Shown here: piece after piece, positions 42,008 to 52,919 of the stretch
How positions within the stretch are numbered: position 1 is the first letter of the stretch
Layout: the number at the start of each line of letters is the position of its first letter
Assembly: GCA_002811645.1 (NCBI GenBank)
Contig: PDIP01000090.1
Location: 1 to 53,861 of the forward strand
Origin: Corallochytrium limacisporum Hawaii
Lineage: Eukaryota; Protista; Pluriformea
DNA length: 53,861 bases
Reading direction: 5' to 3'
Notes under the pieces: model-generated
What the model was told of the DNA's origin: nothing
The model's input: only the letters and a program-made list of their open reading frames with translations
Database searches by the model: none
Translations under genes and position numbers: made by a program

Positions 42008-44626
42008 ATGGCCGATTCACGGAAACGTCCCGCAGCTGGGACAGAGTCCGATCCTTCGGCAAAGAAGCGTAGCGTATCTTCTGGATTGCCGCAGGAGGAG
42101 AAGCCTGACATTAGTGACGAGAAAGAAATGGTCAAGTTCCAAAACAAACAATTGGGCATTCGTGTAAACGAACTGCGTTCAAACATTGCCGACCTTGAAG
42201 GTAGTTTAAGGAAGGCACAACAGGCCCGAAATGAAGGCGATGCTGTCATTGCAGTGACCAATCGCTACTGGGACCGTCTCGACGAAGACTTGCAGATGGA
42301 GCTGCTCAAAATCTCTGGGGATGAAGGCACGGTGCTGAACAGCAGGCACCTGGCCAAGAGCGAAGGTGTTGCCGCTCCCTTCTTGTCACTGCTCACAGGT
42401 GAGACTGTGGTACAGACAGACTTTACGCTCGACGATAAGGAAGGCATTGGTGAGCAGGTCGCCTCGACATTAACGCGGAGAGTGGAGAAGACACGAGACT
42501 GGGTTCGCCGCATTGTGGAATCCATCCTTGCACAGAATGCACGCTGTGATGAACTGAATAGCCAGGTGCGGGAACTTAGCGCTCAGCTGAGCAATAACAG
42601 TAGTAGTGATGCAGCCGAAAAGGTTGACGATGCCCTGCGTGAGGAAAATGAACGCCTGCAATCTGAGATTGCCTCGTTGCGATCACTGAACAGCGAGCTG
42701 GAAGCCTACCGCAACAAAGGAACCACAGAAACCGCTGGTCTACGAGACAAATTGTTAGCCAGCGTAAACAAGGTCGCAACGTTAACAAACACTGTGGAGG
42801 ACGTCAATTACGCTCTGGAAGGTAGTCGGAGGCAGGTTGAAAAGTTTAAAGTACACATTCAGGAAGCAGAGGCTCGTCGGCAGCAGCTGGCCGCGGCCGC
42901 ATCTGCCGCTGCGAAGTCGGAGGACGCATCCGCCGCAGATGCCAAAATCAAGGCCGAAGATAGCGGTAAGGATGCTCTCCCACCCATGGACGATGAGATG
43001 CGCATCGAATTCGAGTGGGCCAAAGAAACTGCCGAGGAACGCCTGAAGGAAATTATGCAGCTGCGTGAAGAGAAGCGTGCGATTAGCTACGAACGCGACC
43101 GCTACCGTGAGGCTGCGCAGCAGTTGCCAGACGAAAAGATCACCGAGTCTGGTCCGTATCGCGCCATGCAGATGTACTACGCCCGCGCCAAGAAGGAGTT
43201 GGATGAAACTCGGAGGGACATTCAGGTCCTGGAGGACAACTTTTATCGCTTGCGCAATTCGAGACATCAGGAGCGTGCGGATACCATGAACCGCCATCGG
43301 AACGAAATGAAAGATTTGGAAGACAAGCTTCGCAGTCAGGTGGCCATGTGCCGCGATCTAACCTATGAACGTGATACGGCACGGCGACAACTGTCTCTGG
43401 CTGAGAAAGATGGCAAAGGTCCCACTGCCACCGCCAAGGAAACCGAACAAATCATCACCCGCCTGCGCACACGGGCACACCAGCTGCAGGCAGAGAATGA
43501 GCGTCTGCGCGAGCGCATGACTAACGGTACCAACGCCGGTGAGTCCGCTGCTGGTCAAGAAGGCCAGCACGTGAACGGGAAGGGCGACTCTGAAGTCCAA
43601 AAGCAACTGGAACAGGTCACGGAGGCGAAGGAGGATCTTGAGTACCTCCTGAAGGCCTACCAGTCTGCGATTGATGCTAACCTAAATGTCGACAAGGCAC
43701 AACTGGAGGCCGTGTTGAAGAGCGAGAAAAAGTACGAGCTTGAGAACGAAAAGCTCAGCAAGCGCATTGAGCAGCTCGAGAGTCTGCAGAAGGAGCTCAC
43801 TGGTGGGGACGACAAACTCGCCCGACTGCAATCTGAGATTCAGCGCCTCACCAAAGAAGGCGAGGAACAGACCGAGCTTGTCAAGGTGTACGAATCCGAG
43901 ATCAGTGCCATTGGTGAACACTACGAAGAGGCCCAAGAACAGGTGTTGAGGCAGAACAAGCAAAACCGTGAGCTTGAGGAATCCCACATGAAGCTTGCTA
44001 CCGACAAGACCCAAATCCAACAGCAAGTACAGACTCTGGAGGTCGCCATAGAGAGCGAGCGTGAATTTGGTCGTCGTTTACAGGGCCACGCCGATATGAT
44101 GGCCAACGAGATCAAGAAACTCGAGGCCCGCGTAGAGAGCCTGACCGGGCAGCTTCAGAACGCAGAAAAGGAGAATGAGCTCAACCGGTCTATTGTGGAT
44201 GAGTACAAGCAGCGTGCTCATGACGAAGCCCAAAAGGCGTCGGAGTTCCAGATTGCTCACGACAGGTACAAAAAGGAGGCCACGGACTCGAAGGCATTAC
44301 TACAGTCCAAGACGCGGGCTGCGGAAGACGCCCTGAGCGAAGTCAAGCGGTCCAAGGAGGATTTGCGCCTGGTCAAGACGAAACTGGAAAAGTACAAGTC
44401 TGGTACCGCGGATCCGGACGCAGACCTCACAGACATGCTGAAGATGTACAAGGACTACATCAACTGCAGTATTTGCAACACGCGGAAGAAGAACGCGGTC
44501 ATCACAAAGTGCTTCCATTGCTTCTGTTTTGACTGCATCCAGACCCGCTACGAGATGCGCAATCGCAAGTGCCCGTCATGTGCTGAGCCATTTGGTGCGA
44601 ATGACTACCATCAGATCTACATGTGA
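42008..44626 (+). CDS. BRE1: E3 ubiquitin ligase BRE1 (RNF20/40), histone H2B
   Basis: KFQNKQL, NRYWDRLDEDL, long coiled coil, C-terminal RING CSICNTRKKNAVITKCFHCFCFDCIQTRYEMRNRKCPSCAEPFGANDYHQIYM. Confidence 0.96.
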   Translation: MADSRKRPAAGTESDPSAKKRSVSSGLPQEEKPDISDEKEMVKFQNKQLGIRVNELRSNIADLEGSLRKAQQARNEGDAVIAVTNRYWDRLDEDLQMELLKISGDEGTVLNSRHLAKSEGVAAPFLSLLTGETVVQTDFTLDDKEGIGEQVASTLTRRVEKTRDWVRRIVESILAQNARCDELNSQVRELSAQLSNNSSSDAAEKVDDALREENERLQSEIASLRSLNSELEAYRNKGTTETAGLRDKLLASVNKVATLTNTVEDVNYALEGSRRQVEKFKVHIQEAEARRQQLAAAASAAAKSEDASAADAKIKAEDSGKDALPPMDDEMRIEFEWAKETAEERLKEIMQLREEKRAISYERDRYREAAQQLPDEKITESGPYRAMQMYYARAKKELDETRRDIQVLEDNFYRLRNSRHQERADTMNRHRNEMKDLEDKLRSQVAMCRDLTYERDTARRQLSLAEKDGKGPTATAKETEQIITRLRTRAHQLQAENERLRERMTNGTNAGESAAGQEGQHVNGKGDSEVQKQLEQVTEAKEDLEYLLKAYQSAIDANLNVDKAQLEAVLKSEKKYELENEKLSKRIEQLESLQKELTGGDDKLARLQSEIQRLTKEGEEQTELVKVYESEISAIGEHYEEAQEQVLRQNKQNRELEESHMKLATDKTQIQQQVQTLEVAIESEREFGRRLQGHADMMANEIKKLEARVESLTGQLQNAEKENELNRSIVDEYKQRAHDEAQKASEFQIAHDRYKKEATDSKALLQSKTRAAEDALSEVKRSKEDLRLVKTKLEKYKSGTADPDADLTDMLKMYKDYINCSICNTRKKNAVITKCFHCFCFDCIQTRYEMRNRKCPSCAEPFGANDYHQIYM

Positions 44627-44816
44627 AAAGGTGGTTCCTTCGCGCCTAAGTGCTTGTCTAAGATTACAATAACGTACCGTATTCTAATGTATATATTGAG
44701 AAGAAAGAGACCGCACGGAACCAAGATGGTGCGCTTGCAAAAAGCTCACATACAGAACTGTGCTCCTTGCTGGTTTTTGTCCTGCCCAGTTTGTTTCTGT
44801 TTTTGTGTTAGTTTCT

Positions 44817-45797
44817 TTACAGCGGTGTAACGGTCTCCACGAAGTTCTTCGGGAAGATACCCCGCTGTCCGTGAATCTCACCCTCGTACCAGTTGGCATC
44901 AATGTCCCGGGTTAGGGTAATGATATCACCCTCACGGAAGCTAATCTCTCCCTGTTGCTCGGCGTCAAACTGGAACTTGGCCCGGGCACAGGGCATGCCA
45001 CCTCCTGGTGCACCGCCAGAATCTCCCGCATGGGGCAGACTTGACGTAGACCCTTGCATGCCACCACTGAGCTGTCCAAAGCTTCCGGTGCGGGTAAACA
45101 TCTCCGCCGGCGGCCTCTCCTTAGCCTCTCGGGCCCGCTGCGCCAGGCGAGCGGCAATGTCGCCGGTGATCTCAACGGCAGCCCTGAAATATGCCTGCTG
45201 AGCCTCCATAAATGCCTGAAGCTGGTAGATCTGCTCCGCTTCCTTGTTCATGACCACGGCAATGGAATTCCAGCTCTGTTCCTTAGCGTCCTCAAAAACG
45301 CGCTGGGCGCTGTTGGTTTCGGCACTGCCCTCGCCGTACTTCTTTTTGGCGGCATCATAATGCAGACGCTTGCTCTTGACCCGTTCCGAGAGATCGTGGA
45401 CATGCTTCAGATCCTTATCCTGCAGTTCCTTCCAAGGGTTCAGGAAGTTGTCCGTGACCTGCTCTTCGTAGGATCGGCGGGCCTCACCGAGCTGCTTCTG
45501 GACCTCGCCCGCGTCCGTCAGCGCCTCGGCTAAATCGCTGGATTCCGGCAGGGTGGAGGCACCACGCGTGAAAATCTCTCCGAGAATGGATTCATAATGC
45601 TGGTTGTTCTTGGAGAACATGCCCTTGGACGTAGGAGAGATCATACTGTGCGTGGTACTCGTGGTTTCGCCGCAGAGCTTCTTAAGTGCGTCCATGCGGG
45701 CAATCATGTCCGTGTAATCCTGCTCAAGCTGTGTCTTGTTGGCATTGCCACCGAACTTTTCGGAGGTGGCTTGCTGCCACTTGCGAATCTTCTTCAT
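44817..45797 (-). CDS. Endophilin A-like N-BAR + SH3 protein
   Basis: Amphipathic H0 MKKIRKWQQATSEKFGG..KTQLEQDY, NFLNPW..LQDKDLK, KRLHYDAAKK, SH3 PCARAKFQFDAEQQGEISFREGDII..DANWYEG..GIFPKNFVE. Confidence 0.92.
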   Translation of the reverse strand: MKKIRKWQQATSEKFGGNANKTQLEQDYTDMIARMDALKKLCGETTSTTHSMISPTSKGMFSKNNQHYESILGEIFTRGASTLPESSDLAEALTDAGEVQKQLGEARRSYEEQVTDNFLNPWKELQDKDLKHVHDLSERVKSKRLHYDAAKKKYGEGSAETNSAQRVFEDAKEQSWNSIAVVMNKEAEQIYQLQAFMEAQQAYFRAAVEITGDIAARLAQRAREAKERPPAEMFTRTGSFGQLSGGMQGSTSSLPHAGDSGGAPGGGMPCARAKFQFDAEQQGEISFREGDIITLTRDIDANWYEGEIHGQRGIFPKNFVETVTPL

Positions 45798-46270
45798 GGT
45801 TGGCTAAAAGTGTTGCGTGATTCCGTGTTATCTGTCGGTTGTATCCTCGATGAAATGAGCGCCTGTTCACTTTTTACTATATTTATCGAAAAGTTTTTTC
45901 TTTCTTATACCAGCCTAATACGGAGCCAGCGTCCTTCACTGAGACCACAACGACGTTCCCCAGACGCGAGCGTCCACACCCACATACTCGCAACGCACCA
46001 AAGAACCCATTTTTTCCAGCAGCGACTGGTGCAGCGGTGCTGCGCTTCCAAATTGCCTTCCGTGGAACACATGTTTCAATGTTTTTCCTGGACTCACTGC
46101 ACACGCACCCACACAACACAGACAGGCAGAATCGCGAGCGCAAGACAACCAAGCAGAGGCCCCCCTCCCCCACTCCCTTCCCCTAAGGGCGAGAGACAAA
46201 ACCAACACCAACCAACCAACCACCACCCTCCCCTCCTCCCCCAGGCCCACTCCCCCCTCCTCAACTCCAA

Positions 46271-46274
<4 letters not shown>

Positions 46275-46336
<62 letters not shown>
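46275..46336. repeat. (CT)n microsatellite, ~31 units
   Basis: Directly visible. Confidence 0.95.
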
Positions 46337-46340
<4 letters not shown>

Positions 46341-47424
46341 CTGTGGTGCTGCGTGGCTTTTCTTCGTAAAGGAGTCTTTGGGGCTTGGTTTGGTTTGGTT
46401 TTTACTTTTCAATATTTTCGATTTGGTTCCCCGGCGGGAATGTTACGGCTTCTGGTCCAAACTTGCGTCCGTTGCGGTAGTATCCTCCGCGCCGCGTCGG
46501 CAGAAAACAACAAAGAAAAGAAAAAAAAGGGAAAAATTACCATGGCACCTCCAACGCGCTCTCTCTCTCTCTCTCTCTCGCTCGTTCAGAGTGGGCTGCT
46601 TGCTGTTCTTTGTGGCAAGTGGCCTTTCCGATGGAACTAACTTGGTCATGTGTGTCCTTCGAGTATCCTTTGATTCATCGCTTCGGCGGAAACCGAAAAA
46701 GAGGGAGAACAGAGAGAGAGGGGGGGAGGGGAGGGAGGGGAGAATAGTTGTAGGGGACCGATGGGCTGCCCATAAAATATGAGAACAACAATTTTTTCTT
46801 TCCTTGTGGGTGTCCAAGGGGTAGGGGGGGGGGACACACACGGTGATTTATTTGGACCCCCGTTTGTGTTGTCCTTTTTCGGTGCGGTCATTGGCTACGG
46901 TGGGATGGATACCGAGGGCGGGCACTGGAAGGGGCGGCCAACCCGGACGCTGGTTCCGTTCCACGAGCGTGATTAGTTTCGCGCCTGAATATTATATCAT
47001 ATATTTAGTATGGGTTTAGAGGATTCGAAATTATCAGAGACCACCAAGTTATGGCCCCCGAAAGAGCAAATCGCCTGATATAACCCAGACCGTTTCTGTT
47101 TTGCCCTGGCATGTGAAAAACCACGACTGTCCGTTGAGCGGGAAATATTCAAGACCCCTCCTTGCCGTACACTCACTACCCACCAGCACCCCGAATACCG
47201 TGCATCCAGAAACACTTGATTCACGAGATATTTCAGAAAGTAGCCTAGGTATTTATATATTAATTTTTCACCACCTGTACATTGGTACTGAATGTGCCGG
47301 CCAAGCAATTCATCCGTTGCTTTTCGTTATGCTCTCTCTCTCTCTCCCCTCCCTCACAGTTCTTCTGAACCTTTCCCCTTGCCTTTTATCCCGTAGTGAG
47401 AAACTTTTTCTCTTATGAAAATAA

Positions 47425-47496
47425 GCTCCTATGGCTAAGTGGTAAAGCGCTGGTCTTGTAAACCAGAGATCGAGGGTTCGATCCCCTCTGGGAGCT
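47425..47496 (+). tRNA. tRNA-Thr, anticodon UGU, no intron
   Basis: Acceptor GCTCCTA/TGGGAGC, D arm with AGTGGTA loop, anticodon stem CTGGT/ACCAG with loop CT-TGT-AA, T arm GAGGG-TTCGATC-CCCTC. Confidence 0.95.
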
Positions 47497-47554
47497 TTGT
47501 CATTTGATCACACCGCCATACAAATTCAGTGGGTAATGCGAATTACCTCTTTGT

Positions 47555-47864
47555 GGTACTTTCACTATTGGAAAGGCAAGGGGACAGGGAAGAAGAAGAG
47601 AGAAGAGAGAGAGGGGGGGAGGCCAACGGGTCTCTGCTTTTTTTTTTTTTTTTTTTTTTTTGGGGGGGTTTTNNNNNNNNNNNNNNNNNNNNNNNNNNNN
47701 NNNNNNNNNNNNNNNNNNNNNNNNNNNNNNNNNNNNNNNNNNNNNNNNNNNNNNNNNNNNNNNGGTACTTTCACTATTGGAAAGGCAAGGGGACAGTGAA
47801 GAAGAAGAGAGAAGAGAGAGAGGGGGGGAGGCCAACGGGTCTCTGCTTTTTTTTTTTTTTTTTT
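47555..47864. repeat. ~100-bp near-identical direct repeat flanking an N gap (47673-47763); probable assembly artefact
   Basis: ggtactttcactattggaaaggcaagggg...ctctgc(t)n occurs at 47555 and again at 47764, immediately after the gap. Confidence 0.8.
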
Positions 47865-48314
47865 GTTGGGTGGCTTTTGGGTGGCCGTGGTGGCGCTTTG
47901 CATCGGGAATATTGGGCATTCTTTTACTTTTTGGGCGGGAAAAAAACCGGAGAAAATGTTTAAACTATTGGAAAAAAGGGGGAGAGGGTTGGTTGTGGAG
48001 GGGCCTTCTACAGGGGAGCGAGACTCCCCTCCTCCGCGAAAGTGGCCAAGGGGGGTTGGGGGGGGGGAGAAGGTAGGGGTCGGGATCGGGAGACTCGACG
48101 TTCGGAAGCTCGATTATCAGGGGCATCCTTTGGCTATTTGAGGTTGTTTCATGATCTGAGACAAATGGAGCATTGTTAAGACTAGCACATTTGGATCTAT
48201 TGATGCGTAAACGAGGAGAATGGGTAGTACATAAATTTTCTGAACATCAAGACATTGAAAGGATCACGGAACATTGATACCATCGCGGTCCAGAAAGCGG
48301 AGCATACATACACT

Positions 48315-50429
48315 ATGACGTCCAATGCAGCCAGCGGGACCAACCAGGTGAATTTTCTCCGGGAGACAGTTTCACGGTTGACCAAGGAACTTGCCGCTTA
48401 CCAAGAGAAACATCCTCCCCTGACCGCTGCGGAACAGCCGGCCCAAGAGGGAGGCGACAGTGTGGCATCGTGGTGGGAGGACGCAGACCAGGTCAATCCG
48501 CTCTTCCGCCAGTATGATATGCGCATTGCAGATCTAGAACGCCGGGTGAAGCATACTCAGGACGACAACATAAGCTTGCGGGCAAATCTGGAGCAGGTTG
48601 CGTCGGAGAATGATCGCCTGCACAGTGAAGTCAAACAGCAAGTGGAAGCGATGGTACAGAAGGCCGAAGGCGGCGGCGGCTCTGGACTGGCAGAGGGAGT
48701 GAATGATCTCCTCAAGCTCAGCAGGGACGAATGGAATGACGCCCAGGAACGGGCCAAGCTACTCAAGGATGAAGTGAAAATTCTTGAGCAGCAGCTGCGC
48801 ACCGCACAGAATGAAGCTGACAAGGCTCACGCCGACCTGGCGCAGAAACAGCGTGAGGCGGACTCCGCCCGGGCCGAAGTCAAGCGCATGGGGGAAACAC
48901 TGAAGATCAGTCGCGGAGCCAAGGAGTTGGGCTCCGACGAGCGCAACCGGTACATGGACCGCATCACGTCCCTGGAGACCATGAACCGGCGTCTCGACGC
49001 AGCACTCAAACGGGCCCGTGCCGACACTACCGCTGCACGGATGCACGCAGCCTCATCGCAGCCAGAGCAAGAAATACAACCAGACACCGTGGTGGATGTT
49101 GGTAGTGCAGCAGAACGGAAACAAATACAGGAACAGCGCCTCATGTTGCAACAGTTGCGGGCCGAACTGGAGGAGAGGCAGCAGGATATTGAACTGGCCA
49201 GAGTCGACATGCAGGACAGCCGCAGGGCCCTGGAACTGGCACAGACGCGCGTCGCCGAGTACGAAGAGAAGGAAGAGGCCGGACTCGCACACATTCGCCA
49301 GGCCATGGACATGGTGGACGAAGCCCGTCTGCAGCGGGACAAGGCGCAAGCACGGGAGTCCGGGCTCGAGCACGAGATTGCCACAATCAAAAAGCGTCTG
49401 ATCTACGAGACTGAACACCTGAGGCGACAAATGAAGGAACGGGTCGACGACATACAGGCCCAGGCCGAGGTGAAACTGAGAGCCGCGGTTGAAGAGCTGA
49501 AGACAGTCGATACCGAGTGCCAGTCGCTGCGGGCGCAGCTTGACCGTGCCCGTCGGGACCAAGACTTTTCGGAGCGGGAACTCGAGCGTGTGCTCAAGGA
49601 AATTCCCGAGGAGAATGCACGCAGTCAGCGCACCGTTGCGGACCTGCATGCCCGCATCCGCCGATTGGAGCGGGAGCGCGACGAAGTGCGACAGAAGCTC
49701 GACGCTGCGGAACTCGAGCAGCGCCGTGTGCGTAGCGACGCCGACGGCGAACGGCGGCAGGCCCTGACCACCGTCGAGGAGGTAACAATGCGGCTCAATA
49801 GTGCAGAGGTCGATCGCGAACGGACCCAGAAACAGTGCGCAAAACTCGGTCGGGAAATAGAGGATCTGAGCCGGCAGCAACGCGAGGCGATGGCACTAAA
49901 GGACGCTGACGTTCGCCGCTTGCAGCACGAGCTTGTCATGCAACGCAAGGCGGGCGAAGTCGAGCGTGCCAAACTGCAGGCCCGGCTCGACGGTACAGAA
50001 TTGAGCCATGCAGAGGCCATGGACGAGCTCCAAGCCCTCTTGCGTTCACAACAGAAGATCAGTGCCCGGTATCAGGAGGAGGCCAACGCGAACTCTCTTC
50101 GGTTTGAGAACGCCGCCCGGGAGATGCGGCGCAAGGTCACACAGATGGAGGCGGGCTTCGATGATCTCTACGAGAAGTTGAGCAAGAGCAGCGGACGAGA
50201 GGCACTGCTGAACAAGAAGTTGCAGAACTACCGCCGAACAATCAAGACTTTGAAGCAGCTCTACCATGAGTCCGAAGCGCGGGCTATGGAAGCTCATGTG
50301 CATGCATCCAGCGTCGGTCCCGGTGATGGCGACGTCGTGGACCGTCTGTTCACGTCTGGACTGGATGACACAGATGAGCTTGTTGCGGTCTTTGATCGTG
50401 ACATTCCCGCGGCGACGACAGTGGCGTAG
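48315..50429 (+). CDS. SCLT1: Sodium channel and clathrin linker 1 (centriole distal appendage protein)
   Basis: N-terminus VNFLRETVSRLTKELAAYQ...NPLFRQYD...LEQVASENDRLHSEVK matches the SCLT1 pattern (FLRE..RL....YQ, PL..EYD, ENERLHSELK as recalled); remainder coiled coil. First ATG at 48315. Confidence 0.82.
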   Translation: MTSNAASGTNQVNFLRETVSRLTKELAAYQEKHPPLTAAEQPAQEGGDSVASWWEDADQVNPLFRQYDMRIADLERRVKHTQDDNISLRANLEQVASENDRLHSEVKQQVEAMVQKAEGGGGSGLAEGVNDLLKLSRDEWNDAQERAKLLKDEVKILEQQLRTAQNEADKAHADLAQKQREADSARAEVKRMGETLKISRGAKELGSDERNRYMDRITSLETMNRRLDAALKRARADTTAARMHAASSQPEQEIQPDTVVDVGSAAERKQIQEQRLMLQQLRAELEERQQDIELARVDMQDSRRALELAQTRVAEYEEKEEAGLAHIRQAMDMVDEARLQRDKAQARESGLEHEIATIKKRLIYETEHLRRQMKERVDDIQAQAEVKLRAAVEELKTVDTECQSLRAQLDRARRDQDFSERELERVLKEIPEENARSQRTVADLHARIRRLERERDEVRQKLDAAELEQRRVRSDADGERRQALTTVEEVTMRLNSAEVDRERTQKQCAKLGREIEDLSRQQREAMALKDADVRRLQHELVMQRKAGEVERAKLQARLDGTELSHAEAMDELQALLRSQQKISARYQEEANANSLRFENAAREMRRKVTQMEAGFDDLYEKLSKSSGREALLNKKLQNYRRTIKTLKQLYHESEARAMEAHVHASSVGPGDGDVVDRLFTSGLDDTDELVAVFDRDIPAATTVA

Positions 50430-50601
50430 ATCCCACCGGATAGCGTAGCTTACACACCTAAGTATACATATTGCATGCAGGCCCTAGCCACGCTCACACC
50501 CACACATATACATACATAACATACATACCGACATACTCATGGTTCCGTTCCAACGCGAGCCGAAAAGAACCCCTTACTGATACCTAATTCACTTTGTTTT
50601 A

Positions 50602-51126
50602 TTACCTTGTCTTCTTCTGTTGGACCGAGCCCGTGTTGGTGTTGCGAGCGGCGAAAACATCATGGTTGGCCCGCATGACGTGGAAATGTAGAGCTGCTCC
50701 CACTAAGTTGACTATCGCATCCAGTACCCAAATATTGCGCAGTTTCTTGCTCACCGGGGTAATTGGGTACACAAAGTGCCACGCAGACGCCAAGACGATG
50801 TGCGTCACGAACATGGCCAGACTAAGGACAGCAAACGCTCCAAGGGGCATGTCAATGTTCCGCTGTGCCATAACATTAGACAGAACGTAGATGAAGAAGC
50901 TGCAGAATACCACTATGGCCTGTCCCTCGACGCCCATAGTACTGGTTTCCCAATTGTTCCGGATCCCTGCGCCGTGGACTGCCAGAGCGATCACTGGATA
51001 GGCAAAAAAGAACTTAGCCATACCTGCCAGCTTCTCCCGACCGGCCGCAGCGGCCTGGTACCGCGCAGCCACACGGTGACGGTGCTGAAAGTCCGATCCA
51101 TCGGTGCCTCCCCGGGACTTTGACAT
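50602..51126 (-). CDS. JAGN1: Jagunal homologue (ER membrane protein)
   Basis: Signature GTDGSDFQHRHRVAARYQ, four hydrophobic segments, C-terminal KKTR dilysine motif. Confidence 0.92.
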   Translation of the reverse strand: MSKSRGGTDGSDFQHRHRVAARYQAAAAGREKLAGMAKFFFAYPVIALAVHGAGIRNNWETSTMGVEGQAIVVFCSFFIYVLSNVMAQRNIDMPLGAFAVLSLAMFVTHIVLASAWHFVYPITPVSKKLRNIWVLDAIVNLVGAALHFHVMRANHDVFAARNTNTGSVQQKKTR

Positions 51127-51783
51127 TGCTCCAAGCCTATTCTAATTTTCACGACTACTAGATTCCTTCGCCCATAGGCTGGGCAACTCCATACCAGTCC
51201 ACCAAACACTCCTGACGTTCCAAGGAGCTTTACAGTACGTCCATTCTTTTTTCGTTTCCTGTTCGATCCGAACGAACATTGATGGGTTTGAAAGAGGCAG
51301 GCCTTGGGCACAAACACAGCAAGCGCACGCAAAACTCAACCTTTGGTGCCCTCGACCTCTCTCCTTAGCGCCAACCTCCCCGGGTGGCGATCCCATTCTC
51401 CCGCAAGGGAATCAATTCAATCCTAAACGACGCTTTACGTACTCAAACTGTGTCCACAGGACACTCCCAGATTTGAAGCACTGGCTCTAGTACACAATAC
51501 AGCTGGGCAGCCCATATTCTATTTGATTCTGATTTGCTCGCCTCGGGCCAGCAGAATGACGGGAGGGGTGCCATTTGTTGGCTGCCTGGCTGTCGCATGA
51601 AATGGACTCCCGTGTTCAATTAAAACAAACAGAATCACCCTCCACAGGCACTCCCTCCCTCCCTCCCCCCCCCTCTTTAGGCCATCGCTCCATAGAGAAC
51701 GCACCGCAAAACATGCGCCAGCCTTCCCAGGGCCCCGAAACTCCCGGCCCAACTCGGCCAAGCACAAAAAGACCCCAACCAGA

Positions 51784-52187
51784 NNNNNNNNNNNNNNNNN
51801 NNNNNNNNNNNNNNNNNNNNNNNNNNNNNNNNNNNNNNNNNNNNNNNNNNNNNNNNNNNNNNNNNNNNNNNNNNNNNNNNNNNNNNNNNNNNNNNNNNNN
51901 NNNNNNNNNNNNNNNNNNNNNNNNNNNNNNNNNNNNNNNNNNNNNNNNNNNNNNNNNNNNNNNNNNNNNNNNNNNNNNNNNNNNNNNNNNNNNNNNNNNN
52001 NNNNNNNNNNNNNNNNNNNNNNNNNNNNNNNNNNNNNNNNNNNNNNNNNNNNNNNNNNNNNNNNNNNNNNNNNNNNNNNNNNNNNNNNNNNNNNNNNNNN
52101 NNNNNNNNNNNNNNNNNNNNNNNNNNNNNNNNNNNNNNNNNNNNNNNNNNNNNNNNNNNNNNNNNNNNNNNNNNNNNNNNNNNNNNN
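51784..52187. other. Assembly gap inside the low-complexity island upstream of JAGN1
   Basis: N run. Confidence 0.95.
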
Positions 52188-52884
52188 CCCCTCCCCTCTC
52201 TCACGCACGGGCATACCCCCGTACTCACACAACCGCGCCGACGTCGGCTAATTGTTCCTTGAGTAATACCCGTTTCTCTCTCGCTGGGGCTCTTCGTTTG
52301 CCCCGGAGATTTTCTCAAGGCCCCAACCCCGTTCTTCTCTGCCTCGGTCGTGTGAGAATTTCCGGTACTCCCAGTACTGAAAAGGTCAGGCTCTTTCTGT
52401 CTTCTGAGCGAGTAGTACAATACCCCTCCTCCTCCTCTCCCCCTCCCCCCTGCTCCGGCAGTCTCATTCCTGCTTGCCCAGTACCCTGCTCCCGCCGCCC
52501 TGACCTATTTACACTAGCATCCTCAATAATGATGAATATACTGCCGAAAATTTGCGAAGGAGCAACTTTGGTCGGATATTTGCCCGTCCCCGAAATTAGA
52601 CTCCCGTGCTCCCTTCGCCTCCCCTTTTGCCTGTTCTCTCCCTGGCTTGCTTTTGGTTTTTGCGCCGTTAAGGTCCAGTGCCCTTGACCGTAAAAGGGAG
52701 AACCTTTGTGCTGGTTCCCTTTTTCCTGTCGCCAGTCGTGCGTTTCCCGTACCGAATGTACGGCCGATCTTGACAACAACTGGTTTTGGTTGTCTATTTT
52801 CGGTGGGAGATCGGTGAGGTGTCTGGACTTACCCACCCTTTCCTTCGGCCCTTTTTTGGCAGATGGGTGATAAGCAAGCAAGCA

Positions 52885-52887
<3 letters not shown>

Positions 52888-52918
<31 letters not shown>
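52888..52918. repeat. (AC)n microsatellite
   Basis: Directly visible. Confidence 0.95.

Positions 52919-52919
<1 letters not shown>

Noticed and set aside
47555-47864. Direct repeat beside the tRNA, as LTR or integration-site duplication
   Set aside because: The copies abut an N gap and end in poly-T, typical of unmerged contig ends; no mobile-element ORF.
49053-49880. Long antisense ORFs over SCLT1 and other CDSs
   Set aside because: Shadow frames produced by codon bias of the sense gene; no motifs.
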